A stretch of DNA of 64,000 bases from Azolla caroliniana. Taxonomy: Eukaryota > Plantae > Polypodiophyta. Positions 1-13,000 of this stretch are shown here, one piece after another. Positions within the stretch are counted from its first letter, which is position 1, and the number at the start of each line of letters is the position of its first letter. The position numbers were made by a program, and so were the translations under genes. The stretch is taken from contig JBHGNT010000001.1 of NCBI GenBank assembly GCA_043228905.1, forward strand, positions 32,302,001 through 32,366,000. The letters run 5' to 3'. The notes under the pieces are model-generated. The model did not search any database. It was given only the letters and a program-made list of their open reading frames with translations, and had not been told where the DNA came from.

Positions 1-2833
1 GTAAGTTTACAAATTTCCACCTTTTTCTTTTCGTTTTTCTAGTGTTCTCTATCTATCAAGTGCGACATAAAAATGAGTTGAATCACTTCTTCAAATATCT
101 ACTGAAAAGGAAACTGCCAGTCTAGCTTACGATTGAATGTGATTGATTTGACTATGATTGAAAGGAGATTGTTGTTCGATCATTGAATGTTAACATCAAA
201 TAGCTATAAAATTTTTAATTTGGCCGTAGTGGGGCGGGCCTATCGATATTAATGAATGAATCCACATCGGTGCTCAAATGTTATGGCCCTACATGAAGTA
301 TGCCCACAAGCCTCAAGCTTACCTACATTCTATTGGGCTTCCTGTACCTTAGTAATGAGAAAATCCGTATATGCATCATTCATAATGGGCCATTGATAAA
401 GGAGAACAATGGAAATCAAAATTATATTGGCACGACAAAGCTTATGACTTCTTTCTCTTTCATTCAAAATCTTCATTTTACTCTAAACATTAGATAAGCA
501 ATTCTTTGGTACACAACATCCCCTAATATACATTTCTTGCTTGCTTGTTTTTCTCTATGAATGATATTAACACGTCCATAGATGTACCTCCAATGTAAAA
601 AGTTTGCACAACCCAATAGTACGAGCCTTGTAATTATGTTGATAGCTTCGACATAAAATGATTCATGATTGCGGAAATGTAACATTTCTTATATACAACA
701 TTTTAACAACGATTTATTATTCATACATGATGTAATTTTCTTGTTAGCTCAAGAAAATGGAACCTCGAACCTTGACTATATCATCTAGGGATCACACATT
801 TTGCCAACCAAGGATCAACTGAACTAGGACCAAACAACTACAATGTTGATGGATCATGTTGTTGCTTTAACATATCGGGCATTAGTCAATGTGGGCATTA
901 TTACTTGACAAGGCTCAATATGTAGCTTCCATTTGACTTAATGAATATCTTTATTAAGGATATGCACATTGTTACATATAATATATATTAAATTATCAAA
1001 ACTCATGTTTGGTAATACACAATATGTTTAAGTCACATGCTTTAGAGGTAAGTTCCCATAAAACTTCAATCGCAATAAGTATTTTGTAGGGCCTTTTGCC
1101 TTTTCTTTTGAGGAAGACCCCTATTATTTATCTTGTTTTCCCGACAATGTTCAACATCGTAAACTTTTGTTGGTGAAGTGTAGCAATCAAACTAAATGTA
1201 GTGGGGACAATGATGGATTGTTTTCCTGGACATTGGTGACCATAATACTAAATGTTAGATAAGAAAGGTTGCCTTCTACATAAGCACACTTTCTTATAGA
1301 TCTAAGCCCAAAGAGTTCATCTAATCATATGTGTTATGTTCAAAATTTCTGTTTACTTGTTCGCGCAAAATATATTGAGTAAAGAAGACATTATGTCCTA
1401 AAGCACAATGTGAAAGCACTGTAATTAAAACTTTATTGTAAAAACTAAACAAAAATGAAAAAAGTAAAAATGTGACAGTGCAATGCTCGATAGTAAAAAA
1501 GCTCATGCTTTATAACGTGAAGGTCGCAAGTCCAAGTTTAAAGTAGTGGATGTAATTTTAAGCTCATTGTAATGCATAAACATTTTGACTTTGAGGGCAC
1601 AATACTGACATCAACCTTACTTCACTTTTCTCCCGAGAACACATTCTCATTATATCATAAGACACTTTACCATGAAAAAAGTCTTTACAAAATCCAGTTT
1701 CCACAACCCAAGGATTGAAAACAATATCACTGCATTCGATGTCTCGTAATTGATATAAATAAATTGACAGAAACAATGATCACGTTTTTAATTCTTTAAA
1801 AAGCGACAAAATTGCCCTCATAATAGATTATACCACAATCTTCTAAACCTTATGATTCAATTTCTAGAAATCTTGTGCAAACGATCAACCAAACCAGGTG
1901 TACACTTGTCCTTTATCTAATCTTTCGGCCCTTGGCTCTCTCGGCCGAAAATTGGATCAAGATTGTTAAGCTATGAGGAGTTTTGAACCCTGTGTCTCGA
2001 ACGATTGCATGAAGAGATAAGCACATGATATTTATCAAAGCTAATGTAACACATTTTCGTCACACACGGTTCGTTGGATGGGCAAGATACATTTTTGGTG
2101 TCTTGAAGGACACTACATTTGTTGGATGGATCTATCTATGTATCTTAGTGGAATCATCTCTCCCTCAATAAAGAGTAAGATGCCGGAAAAGGAAAGGAAT
2201 CCAACCAATCGGAATCCCCTGTTTTAATGATCTCTTTCGAGAGAGAGAGAGAGAGAGCCAAAATTGGTGGCTACGTGGCGCCTTCCTATTCGCTGTAGTG
2301 TTCCGATAAAATAAGTCGTGGTTTTGGCAGCATCCGGACGTATATTTTTATATTTTTATTTAAAACCAAATATTGTTTTGACTGCGATCTGTGACGTAGT
2401 GCATAGGCTTTTCCAATTTATATTTTGTTTTCTTTTTTCTTTTTTACATATATGTTCAGTTTGTTATACATATGTATATACATATATATATATATATATA
2501 TCCATTTTGTTTTTATTTTTTATTTGGTTTTTCTGGGAATGCGGGCGATTTGAATAAAATGTATTTTAAAGTCTAAACAAAAATACCAAATTATTTAAAA
2601 AAGAAAGAAAAGAAAAACAAAATCGCCTTGGGAGTTGATTTATCCTTCTTATATATATATATATATATATATTTATTTATTTATTTATTTATTTTTAAAT
2701 CTTGGAGTTGTGTTTTTACCTTTTCTTGTTTTTTGTTTTCAGTTTTTAAAATCGCGGGGAAAAAGCAGCCTCGAGCAGGAAAAGCAAAAACCAAAAACCA
2801 AAAAAGCGAGGAGTACAGACAGCCTGGGCCAAC

Positions 2834-2864
<31 letters not shown>

Positions 2865-3644
2865 AAAGTTCCCATCTTTTTTGCCTTGATTTTTCCATCA
2901 TTAAAGAAATTAGGTGTATTTATTTATTTATTTTAAATGTGCTACCTCGTGCCTATCCCTTTCATCCACAATAAAGGGAAAAAAACTCACAAACACACAC
3001 ACACACACACACACACACAATATTATGATTAATTTTGCTAATTGATTGAAAATCACACCTACACCCCACTACGAAATATGTAACACCAACGAATGGCGTT
3101 TCGGAATAATGTGGCACCCGTTTTAATCCCGCGCCATGGGTCAATATACCACCGGGCCGTTCCCCCCCTCTTTCATTTTGCCCTCCTTAGGTGTGGAATG
3201 CAATTGGAGAGTGCAAATTAATGGCCGCTACAAATTCTCGTGTGGATCCTTGGGGCTTGCGATAACTTTGCTACAAATAACCATAACTCGAATCGCCTTG
3301 CGTGGAGAGGGGTGGGGGGAGAGATAAAAACAAACTCAAGGCTCCCAAACACCTCGACACGTAAAGTAAGTTTTGAACTTGTGGAGCCTAGGTGTCTTTT
3401 GCCTCTATGCATGAATGTGTTTGTGTAATAGTACATGTAAAATAAATTGCAGAGTTCTCAAGAAATATACTTGAAGCTAGAGCTACTTCCTTGAATTTTG
3501 AGGAAGGTAAACTCGAACCCTCCTTAGTTTACCGGGTTTGGTGAAGAACGATGGTGCACAATAAGATGTAGAACATGAACCATTTGATCCCAATTCTTTG
3601 GTACATAAAATGTTGTGTGTGACGTACAACTACATACTATGGTG

Positions 3645-3650
<6 letters not shown>

Positions 3651-3684
<34 letters not shown>

Positions 3685-4075
3685 CTCTCTCTCTCTCTCT
3701 CTCTCTTTGTGTGTCTCTCTCTCTTTGCCATTGAATCAATCTCTCTCGGACTACTTAGATCCTTCGTGTCCCACACACGCACACATTCTCTCTCTATCTT
3801 TCCTTTTTGTATTGGTCTCTCCTTGTCCTTAATAATCTATCAAATCTCTCTAGTAAGATAGACCTTGATTGTCAATCAAACACCCACATACTCTCTCTCT
3901 CTCTCTCTCTCTCTCACTTTCTATCAACCTCTCTCTAACTAGGTTTATCTCTTTTGCCAATTGCCCCCACCCCCCACTCTCTCTCTCAATGACTTTCACC
4001 ATGGTCGTTTCATTCTTTCAATTGACACAATATTTCTTCTTCCTCTTACGCTTCCTTGGTGCAAAGCAATAGTGT

Positions 4076-4155
<80 letters not shown>

Positions 4156-4639
4156 AAATTTGTACCGATCATTGCTTTTGATCGATGCATATCTTTCTTC
4201 TCTCATGTAATAGTTTCTTCATGTTTTCTATCTCAAATGCACATACATTCTTTCTTGTTGCATTCTCTCTCTATCAACCTTGATTGGCTCATTTCTATCA
4301 ATCTCTCTTGGCCCCTCTCCATTAATTGGCCCTTTGTTTTTTCCTTTATCACATGATGCATCTCTTTCTTTTGTCTTTTCCATCTTCACAACCCCACTCA
4401 TAATTACAGATGAATGAATAAGCACGTTCTACTGTCATTTGACTCGTGCATTGACTATATCTCACTTCCATTCCCTTTCTCTTTGTTTTTCTGCAAATCC
4501 CACTCCTACCTACTCCTACATCTCTCAAACCTTCTTTTTGGCAAGGATTTTTTGCGTTGTAAGCACTCACACATATACTTGTTTTTAGAAATATTCATAT
4601 TGAGGGCCGGAAACCTCAAAACAAGGCGAAATAGAATGA

Positions 4640-4670
<31 letters not shown>

Positions 4671-4691
4671 CTCTCTCTCTCTCTCTCTCTC
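3651..4691. repeat. Cluster of compound (CA)n(CT)n microsatellites
   Basis: (CA)n runs directly followed by (CT)n at ~3651-3705, ~4077-4151 and ~4640-4691, plus (CT)n at ~3891-3915. Confidence 0.9.
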
Positions 4692-6968
4692 TTGTGTCAA
4701 TCAAGTAGCTTTTGAAAGTGTTGCTTTTGATTGACGCGGTACATGTTTTCTCTCCATTCTTTAAGGTAAGCTAGGTCAACAATTTTCTCTATTTCGTTTT
4801 CTATAAATATATTTCTATTCAACTTTGGCCATCTATTCAATTTTTACTCTTTCATTCACTTTTAAGGGATAAGGCTGAGCTAGTGGCATATCTTTTTTAT
4901 TTATTGACCTATGTGGCATAGGGTTTGAAACCCACATATTATTTCTATGTTGGCTAGAGGGCTTTGGGTATTTAGGGGTTGAACCCATGTTTGTTTGTCT
5001 TCACCGAACAACCTTTACAAGTCATGGACCTACACTACCCCTTCTAACCTTCTTTATTGATGTTAATACACTTCTCATTTCTTCTCGAGCTTAAACCTTA
5101 GTTATTTGTGTAGTATGCTTGTCTATGTAACCTACATACTTTATTATTCTCTTAGTCTTAGTTTCTTCACATGAAGTTTGTAGACAAGCCAACATTTCAA
5201 GTTGTAACCTCTCTCGTTTAGTCTCATACGCCATTTTGGCCTCTTGAAAGATGTCAATATATTTAATCTCTCTTTCTCAAGGGAAATTGTCAAAATAAAA
5301 AAGCAAAAGGCCAACAAGAGTAGAGATAAATTAAAGTGGAACAAATCTAGGCCTAGAGATAGACGTAGCAAGGGATAAAGGGATGGTGGTTGTCCCACAC
5401 AATACTTGTGTCTGTCTGTCTGTCCCTCCTCCCAATGCACGACCAACATCACTATTCAAATTGGCCTCCCTGATGTTGCCCAATAATCGAAAGCACTTGT
5501 ACGATTTTTCTTCCAAATTTCCATTCCTTTCCATCATATATTTTATAAGGATCCATTTCTTATGGTTAGAAACATCGTAATATAACGACAAGAAAAAAAT
5601 CCTTGGCTCCCTCCACATGGTAGGTAACCAACCCACTGGTCCAAGCTTAGAATATATAAACCACTAGCTCGAAACATTATACAGAGGTGCGTTTCCATTT
5701 ATATTAATACTTTACACGCAGATTTTAGAAGCGAAAAGACCACCTTTTATCCACTACAAAAATTTGACACGAAACACTTTGTCCATAACATGTGGTGCAT
5801 ACATAGAAAAGTATTGTGATCATAATTTAGAAGAATAAATAACTTCATCCTCTAAACTTCATTTACATATATTTCATTTCATTTTAGTATGAATCATAAA
5901 TGTATATTAGAAAATAGATATGTATATTAGCATGAACACATATTGGTGTGTTGTTACCTCTTAAAAGTTACATGTGTTTTCGGGTTGGCATATATCAATA
6001 TATGTGCCAAACAAGGATAAACAGGATATTATATAAAACCCATGAATTTATCCCGCCCTTGAATAGCCTAATATATGGCTTTAAATAAGAGTGATTATGA
6101 AAACACAAAATCTTACACATAAAATATTTGGTACCAACACGAACAATAGGCAAATTCTCAACTCTGTCCAAAAATGTGTTTGTCGTAAGTATCCTCACCG
6201 TGGGTATGTCGACTAATTTTTGTGGACCCTCTCCATCCCTTGGAAGGAGACACTTGATTGACTTAAAACATACTATCCAACAAGGCACTACATAAACTTT
6301 CCTTGTAATAGAAAAGTTATAAAAATCTATTTTTTGTTTTCCTCTATGTATGCATTATTGTGTGCGTGCGTGTGCACGTATGTTTGAATGCATAACCAGA
6401 AAGATGAGAATTGCTCTACATTTTTAAAAAAGTCTCTATATTGAGTCATGGTATAGAAACATCTTGTATGTTGTAAAGTAAAACAAGTAGCATACTAAAG
6501 ACGTGGTCTTATAATTCTAAATAGGTAGAGATTATATAGATTCACAAAATAATGAATTCGCATGCACTTGTAAATGTATGATATTAAACACGTGTTTTGC
6601 AAGTCTTTGAAATATATTCTTAACTTCACAACTGTCAATCCCCTCATATTATCCAATCATGTTCAATGTTGCCCATCTGCGTGCCCTAGGCTTAACCATT
6701 CTCATCAATATGTTATCAATCTAATGGTGACTACTGACCCTATTTGACACTTTAGAAAATTTTACACGTGAAAGATCACATGAAATAAGACATGTCTATG
6801 AAGAAAAAACAAATCTAGCAATCCCTATTGTTGAATTTACTCCATGAATTCATTTAGGGTGTAATAAATAATATTTTTCCTTTGTTGTGTAGTAAATTTT
6901 TGGCCACCAAAGTCCCTTATGAATTCTATAGAAAATCTCAATTCCGATTTAATTATACTAAATGGTAG

Positions 6969-6969
<1 letters not shown>

Positions 6970-7050
<81 letters not shown>
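6970..7050. repeat. Long (AC)n microsatellite, about 40 units
   Basis: Uninterrupted AC run visible in the sequence. Confidence 0.95.
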
Positions 7051-7051
<1 letters not shown>

Positions 7052-7150
7052 GATTTGTCTTAGAAAAGTTAAGCTATATAGTTTTGTTTTGGGTCTCGAC
7101 GTTCTCGTGTGTACTATATAGTTTGGAGTCTCATATAATTATACTAGAAC

Positions 7151-7862
7151 TTTTTTTTTTTTCCAAAAAAAACTCCTTCCATTAGTTATAAAATTTTATA
7201 GATGAGAGTATTATATACAAATCCCTGTAGGGACACGATAGTTCCATGTTATGTGGATGCCCACGGATTTAAGAAAGGGAGAGGATGGCCATTGTTGGAC
7301 AAAGACCAATCGTTGTCTTTCAACTCCATCGGAGCCACCCTTGAGGCCATCATATTAGCTCTTTAGAGTGGCTACAACTTTACTCCATATCTTTAGCATT
7401 AACATTATTGGATGCGCAGTTTGGTTGGAGAAGACCCGTCTACACCGTTGTTTCCATAGATTCCAGAGAGTTATTGGGCTAACCAATTCCAACACAACTT
7501 TGAGATTTGGCATTAATAGGAGTTGAGTGGATATTGCTGATGGTGGAAAAAAGAACCTCTTGTGCTTTTATCACCAAAGTCATCCCCTCCTAATGCTCGT
7601 GCTTGTCAACTGGGGCCTTCCACGATAACCAACATACATTTCACCACTTAATTGTGACTTACACATGCCATAATTGCAATAGGTGGCCAACCCCCCACCA
7701 TATTCGATGGGTCTCTGGGCAATCCCATAGAGCATGTCTAATTGATTCTGTTGCATTTGGGCATGTTACACAACTAGGAGAGCTAAGGTTCCCACACTGC
7801 CACACTCCAACCAGTAGTGACTTTTGTATTAATAGCCATTGGAACATGGTAATTCGCCTCAT
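7151..7862 (-). mobile_element. 5'-truncated L1-like LINE 3' fragment
   Basis: The minus ORF 7659-7862 carries the LINE C-terminal zinc finger (CVTCPNATESIRHALWDC). There is a T-tail at ~7151. It is homologous to 15560-16250 (+) and 34030-34705 (-). Confidence 0.85.
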
Positions 7863-9262
7863 GTGTTGTTGTTTCCAGCTTTTCTACCAGGTTAAATATA
7901 TCAATAGAAAATATTAGCATAAGTGACACAACAATATTAGTATGAAATCATCTCAATTGTTTGGAGTTTCATATGGGTCAATTTAAGTTAGGAGAGTTGA
8001 CCAATGAAATAAGGAACGATTCGAAAAATGTTAGAGAAAAAATATTTGTAAGGCAACAAATTAGAGACGTTTGTGGACAATATTAGGATATTAGAGAAGA
8101 CCCTAAATTAATCATGTTATAGATTTGAGATGATGCTAGACATAGATTAGGGGTAGGTGATAGAGAGTAAGAAAATGAAAGAGAATAGAGGAACAAATGA
8201 GGATATCTAATTAAAAAATATTTATCTGTTATGGATCCTAGGAGTAGAGATGTAACCATAAAGTATGTCATAACTTCCAAGAGTCATGGATTAAAGGCAC
8301 TGCAACCCTCTACAAAAATGCCAATAGTTGCATATCACTAGCAGGTGAAAGGAGCCACATCTTCCAAATATCACGCTTTGTGCAACGAGGATGCCCTCAT
8401 GCTCCATCCCTATTTCTATTATACACATAAGAACTCTATAACTTTCTCAACTCGTGGTCACCTATACCTACGTGGTCTTCATGTGCTGCCCTCTCACCAA
8501 TGCCTCATGGATATAGAATTTGCGGATGATACCGCCGCAATCTACATACAAGCGGACGTGGAGAATCTAAAGAAGCTAGAAAGTGGACTATCCTTATTTT
8601 GCGAGAGATCAATTACCATGATCAATTGGTATAAATCTTGTACAATATGGTTCTTTGATGAATCACATCTAGCCTGGTGCCCATCTACTAGTTTCACGTG
8701 GATCAACCAAGGAGTGAGCACCAAGTATTCAGGATTCCAAATTGGCTTCAACATTCCCCCCCAAGACAATGATTGCACCAGTTATTTACTCCATTCAACA
8801 AAAGTTGATACATTGGAGCTTTAAAAAACTTTCACTAGCAGGACGCAGACGAATAAGGTATTACTTGCAACAACGTGGTATGTAATGCTCGACGAAATCC
8901 AAAGGAAGTATACATCATATTCAATGACTAGTATGCAATTACATATGAATCTATTGTAAGGGAAATCATGTAGCTCAGGCCAAGGTGGTGTGGCATATTC
9001 TCACATAATCCAAGTCGAGAGGAAGGATGGGTTTGATTGATCACCTCTCACAGTCCAAAGCAGTACTCACCAAATTTGTGGTGCGAGGATTCCAACTAGG
9101 GGATGATTGTTAGAAAATGACATTGAGACTATGCTTCACTTACTTTAAGCCACAAACAGGGGCTAATTGGGCCCCTCAGACAGGATGGATTGCAAACATG
9201 GATCTCAAACCAAGGTTCTCCTGCCAATTGGAGGATAGATTCAATGCATCCATGTGGAAGGC

Positions 9263-9655
9263 TGTTGGTAGACAGGTCCTTCCGGATGGTGCAGGCCCGG
9301 TATGAACCGGATGAGGAGAACCCGATTTTGGAGAGTTGGATGGTGCAGGCCCGGTATGAACCGGATGAGGAGAACCCGACTTCGGAGAGTCGGATGGTGC
9401 AGGCCCGGTATGAACCAGATGAGGAGTACGCGACTGCGGAGAGTCGGATGGTGTAGGCCCGGGATGAACCGGATGAGGAGTACCCGACTGCGGAGAGCCG
9501 GACGGAGCCCATCGAGGCTACATTTGTAAATAGCCGAAAAGTCATATTAGTATAAATATGACTTAGGGCAAACTTTTAGTTTTTTTTTTTTTTTTTTGTA
9601 TGCGTGATTATTATTCTTCCTTGTTGGTGCAAGAAGAAATCAGAGCGTGTAACTG

Positions 9656-9714
<59 letters not shown>

Positions 9715-9998
9715 GAGGTCGTTGCCTCTGTTGTAACCGCCGCCTGTGGCGAAGATCTGAGAGCACGAGGTCGTTGCCTCAGTGATCTCACTGTTGTATA
9801 TTTCTGCATAGTGACAGTTAGCAGCTTGTGGGCTGCCGTGGTTTTTTCCCCCTATTTTGGGGTTTTCCACGTATACCTCCTGTGTACTGTTTCTCCTCTT
9901 CTGTTTTTGTGTGTCGCGTTTCATTACCTGTTTTCTGTGTATAAAAGAACCTCGGTTGTGGCCGAGCGTCGGACATAAGGAACGTCGAGTTCTCAACA
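9263..9998 (+). repeat. Copia 1 5' LTR with four 54-bp U3 tandem repeats
   Basis: tgttggtag...ctcaaca. The 54-bp unit recurs at ~9283-9498; TATA-like tataaata at ~9551; (GA)n tract. Confidence 0.95.
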
Positions 9999-10000
9999 AG

Positions 10001-10012
10001 TGGTATCAGAGC
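10001..10012 (+). promoter_or_regulatory. Primer-binding site, tRNA-iMet
   Basis: tggtatcagagc, 2 nt after the LTR end; complementary to the 3' end of initiator tRNA-Met. Confidence 0.93.
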
Positions 10013-10028
10013 AAAATCGACACAGAAA

Positions 10029-13000
10029 ATGGACAAATCGTTTGGCGGCATGTTCAAGCTCACCGGCTCCAACTATTCAGTGTGGAAGTCGAAGATGAGG
10101 GACATGCTCGTGGTTAAAGACCTCTGGCTGCCGGTTCAGTTCGGGGACAAGAGACCGGACAAAATCGACGCCGCGATATGGGAGGTGATGCACATGAAGA
10201 CAACGGCGTACATACGGTGCTTCATCGACATGAGCCTGTACAACAACTTCAATGAAGAGAGTAAGGCTCATGAGCTCTGGGAGAAGATCGACACAATGTT
10301 CCAGAACAAAAATGCTGTCAATCAGGCGTCGGTATTCCGGAAGCTTGTAAGACTCCGGTACCAAGATGGCTCCAGCATGGCGGAGCATATGAATGCCTTC
10401 CAGGGGCTGATTCACCAGGCAACGTCATTGGAAGTACCTCTTGCCGATGAGGTCCTAGCGCTACTCCTGCTCGGTTCCCTCCCGGATAGCTGGGAGACGT
10501 TAGTTGTTACTTTGGGCAACGCCGGGCCGGAAGGAAAACGGCTATCCCTAGCAAGAGTAAAATCGAGCTTGCTAGATGAGGAGGCTCGTCGGAAAGACAA
10601 AGATACGAGCTCCGACTCCAAAGCGCTCCTTACCGAATCGGAACGCGGAAGACATAGAAACCGTAGTCCCCAGAACCGGGAGAAGTCGGGGACACGATCA
10701 AAGTCAAGGGGAAGGCCTACTTGCTTCAATTGCGGCAAGCCGGGACACTTCCAAAAGAACTGTCGGCATTTCCGTAAAGACAAGGAAACCGACGGTACCG
10801 ATTCGAAGCAAACCCCGAACCGGAACGGTACAGACCGGAACGGTAAAGACCGGAGGGGGCCGGACCGGAAGGGAACGACGACAATTGCGGCAAGTGAAGA
10901 GGAGTTGATGCTCATCACCGAAGAGAGTGAGATAAACCATGCCGGCGATGAGATGACCTGGGTGGTAGACTCCGGAGCGTCGTTCCACCTTACCCCGGAC
11001 CGGAAATGCTTCTCATCCTACTTAGCCGGTGATCACGGCTGTGTCCGGATGGGGAATGAAGGAACATGCCGAATTGTCGGCATAGGAGACGTGTGGCTGA
11101 CAACGCCAACCGGATGCAAGTTGCTGTTGAAAGATGTCCGACACGTTCCGGAAGTTCGTCTGAACCTGATATTAGCCGGTCGGCTAGATGATGAAGGCTA
11201 CACGGGTAGCATCCGGAACGGTGTCATGAAGTTCAGCAAAGGGAGCCTGATTGTGGCTCGGGCCCGGAAGGTAAACACCCTGTACCTGATGAATGCCCGG
11301 TTATGTCCGGAAGAAGTGAACGTGGCCTCCGACACTGCCGGTGAGCTGTGGCACAAGAGGCTATGTCACATGAGTGAGAAGGGGATGAAGAGGCTTGGCG
11401 ACGACAACCTCATTCCAGTTAAGAATGTGCACTTAGAGAAGTGCACTGATTGTCTGGCCGGTAAGCCGAACCGGACCTCCTTCCGACCAAGGCCACCGAT
11501 GAGACGTAATGCACCACTGGAGTTGGTGCATACGGATGTTTGTCAAGTAGACACGAAGTCACATGCCGGAGCGCAGTACTTCGTGACGTTCATAGATGAC
11601 CACAGCCGGAAGCTGTGGGCCACACCGCTGAAGACGAAGGATCAGGTATTATCCGTCTTCAAAGAGCTCCACGCGAGAGTGGAAAGAGAAACCGGCCGGA
11701 AGCTGAAGGCGGTTCGAGCAGATAACGGAGGTGAGTACCGGGGGCAGTTCGAGGAGTACTGCCGCTCGAAGGGTATCCGGCTCGAACTTACCGTGCCGAA
11801 GACGCCGGAACTAAACGGACTGGCCGAGAGGATGAACCGGACCATAATGGAGAGGGTCCGGAGTATGCTAGCGCATGCAAAAATAGCCAAGAAGTTTTGG
11901 GCTGAGGCACTGTCGACGGCGACATATGTGATAAACAGATCACCCTCAGTACCCTTGGACGGAGACACGCCACGGAGAGTATGGACCAGTAAGGAAGTGT
12001 CCTACCGGCATCTGAGGGTGTTCGGGTGTCTCGCGTACGTGCATGTAGCAAAGGACCGGAGAGGAAAGCTAGATCCAAAGACCCGGCCATGCATATTCCT
12101 TGGTTACGGTGACGACGAGTTCGGCTACCGAGTGTGGGACCCGGTCGACAAGAAGGTATTCCGGAGTCGAGATATTATCTTCATGGAGGACAAGACGCTC
12201 GCCGACTGGGAGTCGGAGAAGAAGATAGTGAACTCCGAGTCGACCGGTAAGGATAGACTCTACAATGAGCAGACCCAACCGGCAAGAGACCGGTTAGCAC
12301 TCAAGGAACCAGCCGGTTACGGTGAGGATACCGAACCGGCAGAAGAAGAAGTAGAGGAAGCTGAGACCGGAACCGGTCAAGACCCCGAATCGGATTCGGA
12401 TGAAGAGCAAATGGAGGAACCGATTACCGAAGCCCGAAGACGTAGATATCCTCTCAGAGAGAGAAGGGCGCCCCGGAGATTTCCGGATGCAGAGCATGTC
12501 CTGCTAACCGATGAGGGGGAGCCGGAAAGCTTCGAAGAAGCGAAGGTTGACACCCACAACCGAAAATGGTTAAGTGCCATGCAGGATGAGATGGATTCCC
12601 TGCATGAGAACCATACGTACGAATTGGTGGAGCTGCCGAAAGGAAAGCGGGCACTCCGAAACAAGTGGGTATTCAAGTTGAAACCGGGAGATGCCGGCAA
12701 CCCCCCGAGATACAAAGCCAGGATTGTGGTGAAGGGGTTCCAGCAGAAGAAGGGTGTGGACTTCGACGAAATATTCGCCCCGGTAGTAAAGATGACCTCC
12801 ATCCGGACGGTGCTGAGTATAGCAGCAAGCATGGATCTCGAGGTAGAGCAGTTGGACGTGAAGACGGCATTCCTTCACGGCGACCTCGAAGAGGAGATCT
12901 ACATGCAGCAACCGGAAGGATTTGTGGAGAAAGGGAAGGAGCACCTGGTATGCCGGTTGAAGAAGAGCCTATACGGACTGAAGCAGGCTCCCCGGCAATG

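Noticed and set aside
2265-3170. Possible degenerate terminal inverted repeats of a DNA transposon
   Set aside because: Similarity between ~2270-2310 and ~3075-3115 is patchy and no TSD was found.
2318-7185. Many 60-130 aa ORFs with HTHT/SLSL/YIYI runs
   Set aside because: They are translations of microsatellites with no domain signal.
9283-9498. Regularly spaced repeats as a CRISPR array
   Set aside because: These are contiguous 54-bp tandem units without unique spacers, inside an LTR, in eukaryotic DNA with no cas genes.
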